Assembly (NCBI GenBank): GCA_034089785.1
Contig: JAXDTV010000061.1
Span: forward strand, 593-64,592
Origin: Eubacterium sp.
GTDB taxonomy: Bacteria > Bacillota > Clostridia > Lachnospirales > Lachnospiraceae
DNA: 64,000 bases
Direction of reading: 5' to 3'
This document shows positions 43,490 to 52,897 of this stretch, piece after piece; positions within the stretch are counted from its first letter, which is position 1, and each line of letters opens with the position of its first letter. The translations under genes and the position numbers were made by a program. The notes beneath the pieces are model-generated. The model searched no databases. It worked only from the letters and a program-made list of their open reading frames with translations, and was not told where the DNA came from.

Positions 43490-43560
43490 TTCATGAGAGC
43501 GGTATTCATAGGAAACTGCATCCGATGAAAATGTGTTGTCACAGCTTAGGAGGTGATAAC

Positions 43561-44433
43561 ATGCAAATAGGAATAATTGGTGCCGGAAAAGTTGGCTGTT
43601 CTGTAGGAAAATACTTACAGGAAAACGATGCCTTGAGAAAAGCCGGTTACCATATTACCGGGTATGCCGGCAGAAGGAAAGAAAGCGTGGAAGAAGCTGC
43701 GACTTTTACAGGGACGACACCCTTTTATCTGCTGTCAGAATTCGTTGAAAAAAATGATATGATCTGTATTGCCACACCGGACTCACAGATAGAGAAGGTG
43801 TGGGAAGAGGTATGTAAATTTTCTCTTGAGGGAAAGATTGTTTGTCATTTTAGTGGCTCATTATCATCTGATCTTTTTACAGGACGGGAAAAGAAAGGCG
43901 TAAGTGCCTGCTCCGTTCATCCTATGTATGCGTTCAGCAACCGATTTACCAGTTATGAACAACTAAATACAGTAAAACTCACCATAGAGGGCGATCCGGA
44001 GGCCGTTGCCGTTTTTCGTGAAATCTGGAATTTGTGTGGCAACGAGACCGGTGTGATAGTTACGGATAAAAAAATGCAGTATCATGCTGCAGCTGCCATA
44101 GCCAGCAATCTTATGATCGGTCTGTATGCAAAAAGTGTCAGGCTGCTGGAAAACTGTGGTTTTGAAGGGGAAAAAGCAGAGAACTTTTTACGCCCGCTGG
44201 TAGAGAACAATATCCGCAAAATGCTGGAATCATCACCGGAAGAAGCGCTCAGCGGCCCGGTGGAGAGAAATGATGTGGAGACGGTGCAGAAACATCTGCA
44301 GATACTGCAGGGAAGTGACCGGACTGCGTATCTGGCTTTGTCGGAAGAGGTCCTTTCTGTGGCAAAGAAGAAGAATCCACAGCGGGACTACAAGGAACTG
44401 GAACGATTGTTAAGAGAGGACAGGGGACAATAA
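43561..44433 (+). CDS. Rossmann-fold + DUF2520 oxidoreductase, putative PanG-type ketopantoate reductase
   Basis: An AGGAGGTGA SD precedes the ATG at 43561. Carries the dinucleotide motif IGIIGAGKVG and a C-terminal DUF2520-like region (SGPVERNDVETVQKHL). It is the first gene of the panBCD cluster. Confidence 0.7.
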   Translation: MQIGIIGAGKVGCSVGKYLQENDALRKAGYHITGYAGRRKESVEEAATFTGTTPFYLLSEFVEKNDMICIATPDSQIEKVWEEVCKFSLEGKIVCHFSGSLSSDLFTGREKKGVSACSVHPMYAFSNRFTSYEQLNTVKLTIEGDPEAVAVFREIWNLCGNETGVIVTDKKMQYHAAAAIASNLMIGLYAKSVRLLENCGFEGEKAENFLRPLVENNIRKMLESSPEEALSGPVERNDVETVQKHLQILQGSDRTAYLALSEEVLSVAKKKNPQRDYKELERLLREDRGQ

Positions 44434-44487
44434 GACAGCCCCGGATCAAAAAGGGTGTGAAACATCGCAACCCACAGGAGGTAAAAC

Positions 44488-45315
44488 ATGAAGAATACAG
44501 TGATCACTTTGCAGCAAATGAAAGAACAGGGACAAAAGATTTCCATGCTGACAGCTTATGATTATTCTACAGCCAAGCTGGAGGATGAGGCCGGGGTCAA
44601 CATGATCCTGGTAGGAGATTCCCTGGGAAATGTTATATTAGGATATGAGGATACTATTTCTGTTACGATGGAGGATATGATCCACCATGGAGCGGCGGTA
44701 TCCAGAGGTGCGAAAAATGCCATGGTTGTTATCGACCTTCCATTTATGTCTTACCAGACTTCCGTATATGATGCGGTAGTAAACGCCGGCCGTCTGATGA
44801 AAGAAGGAAGAGGCGGTGCCGTGAAACTGGAAGGGGGCAAAGAAGTGTGTCCACAGATCAAGGCAATCGTAGACGCAGGAATCCCGGTGTGTGCCCACCT
44901 GGGTCTGACACCACAGTCCATCAACGCATTTGGCGGATTTAAGGTACAGGGTAAATCCGAAGAGGCTGCCCGCAAGATCTTGGAAGATGCCAAAGCCGTA
45001 GAAGAAGCAGGAGCTTTTGCCGTGGTGCTGGAGGGAATCCCATCCAAACTGGCAGCCCTTGTGACAAAAGAACTGACCATTCCTACCATCGGGATCGGAG
45101 CCGGAAGAGACTGTGACGGACAGGTGCTTGTGTACCAGGATCTGCTGGGAATGTTTACGGATTTCACACCGAAGTTTGTAAAACGGTATGCCAACATAGG
45201 CGAAGTGATGAAGAACGCGTTCAAACAGTATTTTGAAGAGATTCAGTCCGGTGTGTTTCCGGGAGAAGAAAACCAGTATTCCATCGATGATGAAATTATA
45301 GAAAAATTATACTAG
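44488..45315 (+). CDS. panB: 3-methyl-2-oxobutanoate hydroxymethyltransferase
   Basis: Contains [22 protein letters not shown] and HLGLTPQS motifs. Confidence 0.96.
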   Translation: MKNTVITLQQMKEQGQKISMLTAYDYSTAKLEDEAGVNMILVGDSLGNVILGYEDTISVTMEDMIHHGAAVSRGAKNAMVVIDLPFMSYQTSVYDAVVNAGRLMKEGRGGAVKLEGGKEVCPQIKAIVDAGIPVCAHLGLTPQSINAFGGFKVQGKSEEAARKILEDAKAVEEAGAFAVVLEGIPSKLAALVTKELTIPTIGIGAGRDCDGQVLVYQDLLGMFTDFTPKFVKRYANIGEVMKNAFKQYFEEIQSGVFPGEENQYSIDDEIIEKLY

Positions 45316-45333
45316 AAGAATGGAGATAGAACG

Positions 45334-46179
45334 ATGAAAATTGTATCGACAGTAGAACAGGTAAGAGAAGAAGTAAAAAAATGGAGACAGCAGGGACTGA
45401 CCGTAGGACTTGTACCTACCATGGGATATCTGCATGAAGGACATAAAAGCCTGATTGATAAGGCAGTTGCCCAGAATGATAAAGTGGTTGTCAGCGTGTT
45501 TGTCAATCCTATCCAGTTTGGTCCTACAGAAGATCTGGCTACTTATCCGAGAGATCTGGAAAGAGATGCCGCTCTTTGCGAAGATGCCGGTGCTGCCCTT
45601 ATTTTCCATCCGGAAAAAGAGGATATGTATTTTGATGATTTTTGCACTTACATCGATATGGACGGACTTACCAAAGGCCTTTGTGGCAAAACAAGACCGA
45701 CCCATTTCAGGGGTGTGTGCACCGTAGTAGGAAAACTGTTTAATATTGTTCATCCAGACCGCGCTTATTTTGGACAAAAGGATGCACAGCAGCTGGCTGT
45801 CGTAAGAAGAATGGTAAGAGATCTGAACTTTGACCTTGAGATCGTAGGCTGCCCGATCATCCGGGAGGAAGACGGACTGGCAAAGAGTTCCAGAAACACA
45901 TATCTGTCAGAAGAAGAGAGACAGGCAGCCGTGATCCTTCACAAAGGCCTGGTAAAGGGTGAGGAAATGGTGCGTGCCGGCGAAAAAGATGTGAAAAAAG
46001 TGCTGAATGCCATTACAGAGATCATTGAGTCCGAACCACTGGCCCGGATTGATTATGTAGAGGCTGTTGATTTTGATAATATTGAGACGATTGACACCAT
46101 TGAAGGAAGTGTTCTGGTGGCAGTGGCCGTTTATATTGGAAAAACCCGTCTCATCGATAACTTTATTGTAGGTTTATAA
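45334..46179 (+). CDS. panC: Pantoate--beta-alanine ligase
   Basis: Contains [26 protein letters not shown] and SSRN motifs. Confidence 0.96.
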   Translation: MKIVSTVEQVREEVKKWRQQGLTVGLVPTMGYLHEGHKSLIDKAVAQNDKVVVSVFVNPIQFGPTEDLATYPRDLERDAALCEDAGAALIFHPEKEDMYFDDFCTYIDMDGLTKGLCGKTRPTHFRGVCTVVGKLFNIVHPDRAYFGQKDAQQLAVVRRMVRDLNFDLEIVGCPIIREEDGLAKSSRNTYLSEEERQAAVILHKGLVKGEEMVRAGEKDVKKVLNAITEIIESEPLARIDYVEAVDFDNIETIDTIEGSVLVAVAVYIGKTRLIDNFIVGL

Positions 46180-46190
46180 GGAGGAAAACA

Positions 46191-46577
46191 ATGACGATTC
46201 AGATGTTAAAAGGAAAGATCCACCGTGCTGTGGTAGTGCAGGCAGAACTGAACTATGTAGGAAGTATCACGGTTGATCCGGAACTGATGGACGCAGCCGG
46301 AATTTATGAATATGAAAAAGTACAGATCGTAGATGTGGAAAACGGAAGCCGTTTTGAGACTTATACCATTGCCGGAGAGCCGGGAAGTGGTATGATCTGC
46401 CTGAACGGGGCAGCAGCCCGCCAGGTTCTTACGGGAGACCATGTGATTATTATGAGTTATTGTGATCTGACACCGGAAGAAGCCAAAAACCACAAACCGT
46501 CGGTTGTTTTTGTGGACGAGAAAAATCACATCAAGCGGGTTGCCAGTTATGAAAAACATGGTGAACTCTCAGATTGA
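46191..46577 (+). CDS. panD: Aspartate 1-decarboxylase (pyruvoyl-dependent)
   Basis: Begins [25 protein letters not shown], with the self-cleavage G-S site in YVGSIT. Confidence 0.96.
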   Translation: MTIQMLKGKIHRAVVVQAELNYVGSITVDPELMDAAGIYEYEKVQIVDVENGSRFETYTIAGEPGSGMICLNGAAARQVLTGDHVIIMSYCDLTPEEAKNHKPSVVFVDEKNHIKRVASYEKHGELSD

Positions 46578-46604
46578 TCACAGCCAGAGAGGAAGTAAAA
46601 TCTT

Positions 46605-47804
46605 ATGTTAGAAGGAAAAACCGTTGTTTTGGGCGTTACCGGCAGTATTGCGGCTTATAAGATCGCCAATCTTACCAGTATGTTAGTAAAACTGCATGCG
46701 GATGTCCATGTGTTGATGACGAAAAATGCAACGAATTTTATCAATCCCATTACGTTTGAAACTCTTACCAATCATAAATGTCTGGTAGATACATTTGATC
46801 GGAATTTTAACTACAATATTGAGCATGTGGCTCTGGGTGATAAGGCAGATGTGGTGTTAGTGGCACCGGCTTCTGCCAATGTCATCGCCAAGATGGCTCA
46901 CGGCATTGCAGACGATATGCTGACTACCACGGTACTTGCCTGCCGCTGCAAGAAGATCGTAGCACCGGCCATGAACACCAATATGTATGACAATCCGGTT
47001 ACCCAGGATAATCTGGAGATCCTGCGCCGTTATGGCATGGAAGTGATCGAACCGGATACAGGGCGACTGGCCTGCAACACAGTAGGTAAGGGCAAAATGC
47101 CATCGGAAGAGGTGCTTTTGGCACATATTTTACAGGAAATCCAGTACGAAAAAGATCTGGCAGGTAGAAAGGTTCTTATTACAGCCGGAGCCACCAGAGA
47201 AGCCATTGATCCGGTGCGCTATATTACCAATCATTCCACCGGCAAAATGGGATATGCGCTGGCCACAGTCGCTGCCAGACGGGGAGCCAAAGTAACGCTG
47301 GTCAGCGGCGTGACGAACCTGGAAGTGCCTCTTGGCGTGGACTATGTACCGGTAGAAAGTGCAGAAGATATGTTTGAGGCTGTAAAAAAAGCAGCACCGG
47401 AACAGGATATCGTGATCAAATCCGCTGCGGTGGCAGATTATACACCTGTATCTACCGCTGAGGAAAAGATCAAGAAAAAAGAAGGGGCGGCTTCCATTGA
47501 GCTGAAACCTACCCAGGATATTTTGAAGTGGCTGGGAGAACATAAAACCCAGGGACAGATCTTGTGCGGATTTTCCATGGAAACAGAAAATATGCTGGAA
47601 AATTCACAGAAGAAACTGGAAAAGAAAAAGGCAGATATGATCGTTGCCAACAACCTGAAGGTGGAAGGTGCCGGATTTGGTACAGATACCAATGTGGTGA
47701 CTTTGATCACGGACAAGGGGGCAAAAGAACTGCCAAAGATGACCAAGGAAGAAGTAGCAGTGGAGATTTTCAATGAAATCGTAAAAATTTCTTCCCATTG
47801 TTAG
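46605..47804 (+). CDS. coaBC: Bifunctional phosphopantothenoylcysteine decarboxylase / phosphopantothenate--cysteine ligase
   Basis: N-terminal flavoprotein domain (VLGVTGSIAAYK, PAMNTNM) and C-terminal CoaB domain (ITAGATREAIDPVRYITNHSTGKMG). Confidence 0.95.
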   Translation: MLEGKTVVLGVTGSIAAYKIANLTSMLVKLHADVHVLMTKNATNFINPITFETLTNHKCLVDTFDRNFNYNIEHVALGDKADVVLVAPASANVIAKMAHGIADDMLTTTVLACRCKKIVAPAMNTNMYDNPVTQDNLEILRRYGMEVIEPDTGRLACNTVGKGKMPSEEVLLAHILQEIQYEKDLAGRKVLITAGATREAIDPVRYITNHSTGKMGYALATVAARRGAKVTLVSGVTNLEVPLGVDYVPVESAEDMFEAVKKAAPEQDIVIKSAAVADYTPVSTAEEKIKKKEGAASIELKPTQDILKWLGEHKTQGQILCGFSMETENMLENSQKKLEKKKADMIVANNLKVEGAGFGTDTNVVTLITDKGAKELPKMTKEEVAVEIFNEIVKISSHC

Positions 47805-47867
47805 TATGAAATGCCAGATTTTTGCATATACTAAAGATAGCGCGTGAGTCGTTTCTCTTGGCAAAAA

Positions 47868-47896
47868 TTGACAAAAATCATATATTGTGGTATGCT
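47868..47896 (+). promoter_or_regulatory. sigma-A type promoter of veg
   Basis: TTGACA (47868-47873), a 17-nt spacer ending in TGg, then TATGCT (47891-47896). Confidence 0.65.
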
Positions 47897-47946
47897 GTCA
47901 TAGGAACTACTACATGTCGTTGTAACGATTTTGGAGGTATATGATT

Positions 47947-48183
47947 ATGGCAACTGCAACTGTAGGTCATGTACGGCAGGCTGTTGCGAAACACATTGGA
48001 CGCAAGGTGGAAATTCGCAGTAACCTGGGCCGGCACAAATATGATGTAACAAAGGGAACTATTAAAGAGACTTATCCGGGAATTTTCCTGGTACAGTTAG
48101 ACGGGACAGAAGAGGGAGGAAGAACTGTATCATACAGTTATGCGGATGTGATCGCAAGAGATGTACAGCTTACCCTCTGCTAG
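47947..48183 (+). CDS. veg: Veg protein (biofilm-formation stimulator family, DUF1021)
   Basis: GGAGGT lies 8 nt before the ATG at 47947. MATATVGHVRQAVAKHIGRKVEIRSNLGRHKYDVTKGTIKETYPGIFLVQL...VSYSYADV resembles B. subtilis Veg. Confidence 0.88.
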   Translation: MATATVGHVRQAVAKHIGRKVEIRSNLGRHKYDVTKGTIKETYPGIFLVQLDGTEEGGRTVSYSYADVIARDVQLTLC

Positions 48184-48192
48184 ACCAGACGG

Positions 48193-48265
48193 AAAAAGAA
48201 GTTCATTCCTGTGGAGAAAAGATGGCGCACTGCGTCAGCGGCTCCCGGTGGATGGACTTTTTTTT
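48193..48265 (+). terminator. Long-hairpin terminator after veg, diverged relative of the 74-nt repeat
   Basis: AAAAAGAAGTTCATTCCTGTGGAG...CTCCCGGTGGATGGACTTTTTTTTT. It shares the AAAAGAAGTTCATTC 5' end and the overall architecture with 27010-27083. Confidence 0.7.
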
Positions 48266-48321
48266 ATTGTCTGAATAAAAGACCGTATTTTGGGAAACCT
48301 CTTAAAAAGAGGTGATGATGT

Positions 48322-48771
48322 TTGAGTAAGAAATTTTTGACGGCTGTTCTGGCTGCAGGGATTTTGTGGATGGTGGTGCTGGGACAGGTGTTCTGCACCA
48401 GGATCTGGGTGGCAAAAAAGGGGCTGACCCAGGCTTTTACGGGAAATAATATGGTGGTCATGCAGGAAACAAAACAGGATTTGTATGGAAATGAATATAT
48501 AGAGGGAACCTGTCAGGGAAAACTGTCTTCCGGAGAGGCGAAGGAACTGGCACAGAAAATGATGCAGCAGCTTGGAGGCACGGTGCTCATGGATTCCAAG
48601 GGCATCTGGGAAAAGGATGCTTTTGTGGCTTATGGCTACACAAATGGCATCAAAAAAGCCAGGAAGATTGGTGGAACCTGGCTAAATCTAACTGTGTCTT
48701 TTCGATATAATGCGGAGAAAGATGAAACAAGGATCCTGTTTGGAAGTCCTTTGATCAATGTGGATTTCTAA
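48322..48771 (+). CDS. Small secreted/membrane-anchored protein of unknown function (possibly YwmB-like)
   Basis: TTG start after an AGAGGTGA SD, with an N-terminal hydrophobic signal/anchor (FLTAVLAAGILWMVVLG). The family assignment is only tentative. Confidence 0.55.
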   Translation: MSKKFLTAVLAAGILWMVVLGQVFCTRIWVAKKGLTQAFTGNNMVVMQETKQDLYGNEYIEGTCQGKLSSGEAKELAQKMMQQLGGTVLMDSKGIWEKDAFVAYGYTNGIKKARKIGGTWLNLTVSFRYNAEKDETRILFGSPLINVDF

Positions 48772-48774
48772 CGA

Positions 48775-49716
48775 TCAAAGGCTTCCCAGGCTCCGCAATA
48801 AAAAGATCCATCCCGTAAGAGTAACGGAGGATAACAAGGTAGTAAGAACGATGACGCTGGAAGTCAGCAGGGCATCGTTCTTTGTGTTTTTTGCCATAAT
48901 ATAGCAGGACACGGTAGTAGGGGAACCCAGCATGATCAGAATAGCCATCAGTTCCTGATTGTGGTAGCCAAAGTACAGTGCCAGCGGCAAGAACAGAGCC
49001 GGTAGAAGCAGTAATTTGATACCACTGGCGATCAAAGTCGGTTTCAGTTTCTGAATGGCTTTGCGGCCTTCAAAGGTAGCTCCGATGGAAATCAGTGCCA
49101 GCGGTGTGGCTGTATTTCCGATGGATGTAAGTGCTTTGTCCACAAAGGCCGGAAACTGGATATGGAAAAAGGCAAAAGGAAGAGAAATCAGGATGCCAAG
49201 GAGGATAGGGTTCTTAAAAATGTTGATAACCGTAGTTTTTACATCCGGTTTCTGTCCATTGTTGTCTCCTTTTAAGGTCAGGATCACGACGGCAAAAATG
49301 TTAAACAGCGGTACGGCACCCAGGATCATCAAGGGTGCCAGACCGGTGCTGTCGTACATATTGTTGATAAAAGCCAGACCCAGGATCGCAGCACTGCTTC
49401 GGTAGGAAGCCTGGATAAATGCGCCCTGTTCCTCTTTGTTTTTCATGAAAATACTGGTAAAGAACCAGATGGCGGAGATAGAGACAAGCGTTACTACAAA
49501 ACAGAATAAAACATATCCGCCATTAAAATCTTTGCTAAGATCATTGGCTGTCAGATCTTTGAATAAAAGAACCGGCAGTGCCACAACAAAAACAAAACGA
49601 TCTACCACTTTTGTAAAAGGCAGGTCAATGATCTTTAGTTTGATCAGGACTTTACCAAGTAAGATCATGAGAAAGATTGGCAAAGTTGCATTGAGACTGT
49701 ATATAAAATTGTCCAT
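48775..49716 (-). CDS. AEC (auxin efflux carrier) family permease
   Basis: 313-aa protein of about 10 TMs. The N-terminus MDNFIYSLNATLPIFLMILLG is typical of the family. Confidence 0.88.
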   Translation of the reverse strand: MDNFIYSLNATLPIFLMILLGKVLIKLKIIDLPFTKVVDRFVFVVALPVLLFKDLTANDLSKDFNGGYVLFCFVVTLVSISAIWFFTSIFMKNKEEQGAFIQASYRSSAAILGLAFINNMYDSTGLAPLMILGAVPLFNIFAVVILTLKGDNNGQKPDVKTTVINIFKNPILLGILISLPFAFFHIQFPAFVDKALTSIGNTATPLALISIGATFEGRKAIQKLKPTLIASGIKLLLLPALFLPLALYFGYHNQELMAILIMLGSPTTVSCYIMAKNTKNDALLTSSVIVLTTLLSSVTLTGWIFLLRSLGSL

Positions 49717-49749
49717 GGTGTCTTCCTTTTTGTGTTTTTATAATGGGTC

Positions 49750-51402
49750 CTACAGTTTGAAGAATGTCATAGCTTCGGCAATATCTTCGGAGATGTTTTT
49801 CAGGTCTTTTGCCGTGTCTGACATGACATTAATGGTACTGTTTAACTCTTCCATGGAGGCTGTTGTCTCTTCGGCAAAGGATGCATTTTCCTCTGAAATA
49901 GCAGACAGATTGGAAATGACATCATTGATCTGTGCTCTTGCGTTGTCGCAGGAATCCGCATCGCCTTTGATGAGTTTTGTATTATCTTTGGAACGGTCAA
50001 TTCCTTTTTCGACATCCACAAAGCTTGTTGTGGTGTCATTTAATTTTGACTGCTGGTCTCTTACAAGAGTCTTTGTTTCCTCCATGGCACGTATGGTTTC
50101 GGACGCTTCTTTTTGTAAAGTTTCGATCACGGACTGGATCTCGCTGGCTGCTTCGTCAGACTGTGTGGCAAGTGTCTGGATTTCAGATGCAACAACGGCA
50201 AAGCCCTTTCCGGCTTCTCCGGCTCTTGCTGCTTCAATGGATGCATTCAGAGCAAGAAGGCTTGTCTGGCTGGTAATGTTTGTGATGAGCTCAGTAGCCT
50301 TGCTGATCTGTTCAACAGACAGATTGGTTATATCCAGCTGTTTGGCGATCCGTTTGATAGCCTCGGTAGTTTTGTCATTGGATTCATTCAATTCCTTCAT
50401 GGTGTAACTGGACCGGCCTTCTGCTTCAGACATAATATGTGCGGTATTGGTCAATTCACCTACATTGGATACGATGTTTTCAATGATAGTACCCATGTTG
50501 CCGATTTCCTGGGAAGCAGTCTGGATCTCTTCTGCCTGGGAAACAGCACCTTTTGAAATATCTTCGATGGCAGTATTGATCTCATCAGATGCTTTGTTTG
50601 ACTGATCTGCCATGGCGTCCAGATTGGTGCCGGCTTCATTCAGGATGAGGCTGCTTTGTTTTAATTTTTCAATGATGGAACGCAGTTCTTCGATCAGTAA
50701 CGCCACGGCTCGTCCCATGGTACCCAGTTCATCACGACGCTTTAACAGTTTTGGTGAAACGGTAGCGGTTAATTCACCTTTTGCCAGCTGGGAGACAGCG
50801 TTCTCCGTTTCAGTCAGCCGTTTGCTGATGGAAATAGATACCCAGAGTCCAAAGGCAATGGCAATCAGCAGGACAACGACAGCACCTGCCAGGATCACTT
50901 TTACCCTTGCGGCTACAAAGTCCTGAATATCGGCTTTTGGCACACCGGCAAACACAATACCGATTACGGAACCATCTGTGTTTTTTAATGGGCCATATAC
51001 GGCAATATAGGGTTTTCCGTTGAGAGTTAAGGATTTGTTTTCATAAAGGTTTCCATTTTGGACTTCCGTCCATACCTCAGGGGCAACTTCGGTTCCTACG
51101 AGACGCTTGTTGGTAGCTTCGTCTACAAAGGAAGTTGCTTTTCTTACATTGCCATAACATACGGTGACATCGCAGTCGTATCCATCGGTGAAACCATCAA
51201 TCATAGCTTCATCTTTTGTGATGTTATAATCGCCTTTCATCAGATCACCGTCAGCGTTTAAGGAATAATCTCCGTCTGCCACATGACCTACGCCTGTCTC
51301 AACAGACTTTACAAGGTACTTCATGGAGTCAACGCTTTCTGATACCATACCTTCATTCAGGCTGTTTACCGAAATAAGGACTAAAACGACGGTAACCAGC
51401 AC
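49750..51402 (-). CDS. Methyl-accepting chemotaxis protein (extracellular Cache-like sensor, HAMP, MA signalling domain); N-terminus interrupted, see findings
   Basis: Highly conserved MA hairpin ([33 protein letters not shown]). The track start at 51402 is a GTG in the middle of TM1. The in-frame reading continues upstream to an SD+ATG at 51480 but is blocked by a TAG at codon 2. Confidence 0.9.
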   Translation of the reverse strand: MLVTVVLVLISVNSLNEGMVSESVDSMKYLVKSVETGVGHVADGDYSLNADGDLMKGDYNITKDEAMIDGFTDGYDCDVTVCYGNVRKATSFVDEATNKRLVGTEVAPEVWTEVQNGNLYENKSLTLNGKPYIAVYGPLKNTDGSVIGIVFAGVPKADIQDFVAARVKVILAGAVVVLLIAIAFGLWVSISISKRLTETENAVSQLAKGELTATVSPKLLKRRDELGTMGRAVALLIEELRSIIEKLKQSSLILNEAGTNLDAMADQSNKASDEINTAIEDISKGAVSQAEEIQTASQEIGNMGTIIENIVSNVGELTNTAHIMSEAEGRSSYTMKELNESNDKTTEAIKRIAKQLDITNLSVEQISKATELITNITSQTSLLALNASIEAARAGEAGKGFAVVASEIQTLATQSDEAASEIQSVIETLQKEASETIRAMEETKTLVRDQQSKLNDTTTSFVDVEKGIDRSKDNTKLIKGDADSCDNARAQINDVISNLSAISEENASFAEETTASMEELNSTINVMSDTAKDLKNISEDIAEAMTFFKL

Positions 51403-51585
51403 AACCGGCAGAATCGCCAGCAGGAGCAGTTCGGTCCGGATGAACCTTTGTCTTGTTTTTTTAGGATTTGTTTTCTACATAGTATATCATTCCCCCTCGT
51501 TTGGAACTATTTGTGTATAATTATACTATTTATAAGAGGTTCTATCAAGGGGTGACGGGGAATCGATGGGAGTTTTTTAGCGTCC

Positions 51586-51724
51586 GTAATGTGGCAGAAA
51601 AATTTGCGTTCCGTGGGTCACTTCCGCTAGTTAAGTGCGTAACGGTATGAGGCACTGTGAATACCAGTGCCTCATACCGACGCACTTAAAACCCACTTCA
51701 CGCAAAATTATTCTGCCACATTAC
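51586..51724. repeat. Long imperfect palindrome 1 (about 139 nt, MITE-like or structured-RNA-like)
   Basis: The left arm GTAATGTGGCAGAAAAATTTGCGT..GTGGGT..TTAAGTGCG..CGGTATGAGGCACTG pairs with the right arm CAGTGCCTCATACCG..CGCACTTAA..ACCCAC..ACGCAAAATTATTCTGCCACATTAC. The loop is tgaatac. The left arm carries an extra 12 nt. Confidence 0.85.
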
Positions 51725-51852
51725 TGCAATGCTTAAAAGACTCCCAGAAGTCCCCCGCCACAAGAGATAAAAATTTGGTATATTGGTAGAAGTATACCAC
51801 GACTGTACTTGGGGGAGGAGGATTATAGCATGGCAGACTTGGAGAATATTCT

Positions 51853-51990
51853 ATCCGGCACAGGAAAAAAATTGCGTGGAGTGAGTACAAACACGCAAGT
51901 GTCAGATTTGCGTAGTTTGCAAATCGACACTTCTGCGCGTTTGTCGTAGCGAAAGCGCTCACGAAACGCAAACTTTTTCCTGCGCCGGAT
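51853..51990. repeat. Long imperfect palindrome 2 (about 138 nt), related to palindrome 1
   Basis: The left arm ATCCGGCACAGGAAAAAAATTGCGT..GTGAGT..ACAAACACGCAAGTGTCAGATTTGC pairs with the right arm GCAAATCGACACTTCTGCGCGTTTGT..CTCAC..ACGCAAACTTTTTCCTGCGCCGGAT. It shares the GGCA.AG.AAAAA.TTGCGT..GTG.GT motif with palindrome 1. Confidence 0.85.
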
Positions 51991-52101
51991 TGCATTCTTC
52001 CAGTTCTCCCAGCGAATCCCACCTTTACAACCTCCACCAAAACAGTTATAATAAAATCACATTAGCTATAAGAGCCGGTTACCGGCGGAACGGAGGAAAT
52101 T

Positions 52102-52797
52102 ATGTTAGAGCAGTTGAAAAAAGATGTATATGAAGCCAACATGGAACTTCAGGAAAAAGGAATGGTTATCTATACCTGGGGTAATGTAAGTGGAATTGAC
52201 AGAGAGCACAATTATGTAGTAATTAAGCCAAGTGGTGTTGAATATGATTTGTTGAAACCGGAAGATATGGTTGTAGTAGATTTTGATGGAAATGTAGTTG
52301 AAGGTAAGTACCGTCCATCTTCTGATACACCGACCCATATTGAGTTGTACAAAGCATATCCGGATTTGGCAGGTGTGGTACATACACATTCTACCTGGGC
52401 TGTTACATTTGCACAGGCAGGTATGGCAATTCCTGCTATGGGTACAACACACGCTGACTATTTCTACGGTGACATTCCATGCACCAGAGACTTGACAGCA
52501 GAGGAAATCAACTCAGATTATGAGAAAAACACCGGTGTTGTTATCATTGAGACCATCGGTGACAAAGATCCAATGGAAGTACCTGGAATCGTTGTTAAGA
52601 ATCACGGACCTTTTGCATGGGGTACATCACCAGCCAATGCCGTTTACAATGCAGTTGTACTTGACAAAGTAGCTGAGATGGCTCATCATACATTGACTTT
52701 GAATCCTAGAGTAGGTCGTGCACCACAGTATCTGATGGATAAACATTACTTCAGAAAACATGGTGCGAACGCATACTACGGACAGGACAACCTGTAA
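52102..52797 (+). CDS. araD: L-ribulose-5-phosphate 4-epimerase (class II aldolase fold)
   Basis: Near-collinear similarity to E. coli AraD as I recall it: [71 protein letters not shown]. Confidence 0.93.
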   Translation: MLEQLKKDVYEANMELQEKGMVIYTWGNVSGIDREHNYVVIKPSGVEYDLLKPEDMVVVDFDGNVVEGKYRPSSDTPTHIELYKAYPDLAGVVHTHSTWAVTFAQAGMAIPAMGTTHADYFYGDIPCTRDLTAEEINSDYEKNTGVVIIETIGDKDPMEVPGIVVKNHGPFAWGTSPANAVYNAVVLDKVAEMAHHTLTLNPRVGRAPQYLMDKHYFRKHGANAYYGQDNL

Positions 52798-52817
52798 TAT
52801 AAGATCTGAAAAGCTAA

Positions 52818-52880
52818 GAAAAGCCTCTTTCCGGGAATCCCTGATGAGATGGGATCCCACGGAAAGGGGCTTATTTTTTA
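52818..52880. terminator. Bidirectional terminator (araD / ASST-N paralog)
   Basis: AAGCCTCTTTCCGGGAATCCC-tgatgagat-GGGATCCCACGGAAAGGGGCTT followed by ATTTTTT. Confidence 0.8.
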
Positions 52881-52897
52881 CTAAATTTTGAAATGTA

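Noticed and set aside
51475-51477. TAG at codon 2 of the chemoreceptor read as pyrrolysine or another recoding event.
   Set aside because: The window contains no pyl genes, PYLIS-like element or suppressor tRNA. A nonsense mutation or sequencing error is the simpler explanation. The anomaly itself is kept as a finding.
51708-52040. 110-aa minus-strand ORF in the MCP-araD intergenic region.
   Set aside because: It runs straight through both long palindromes and has no SD. Its composition is repeat-derived (PPPPS, and runs imposed by the hairpin arms). The repeats explain it better than a gene does.
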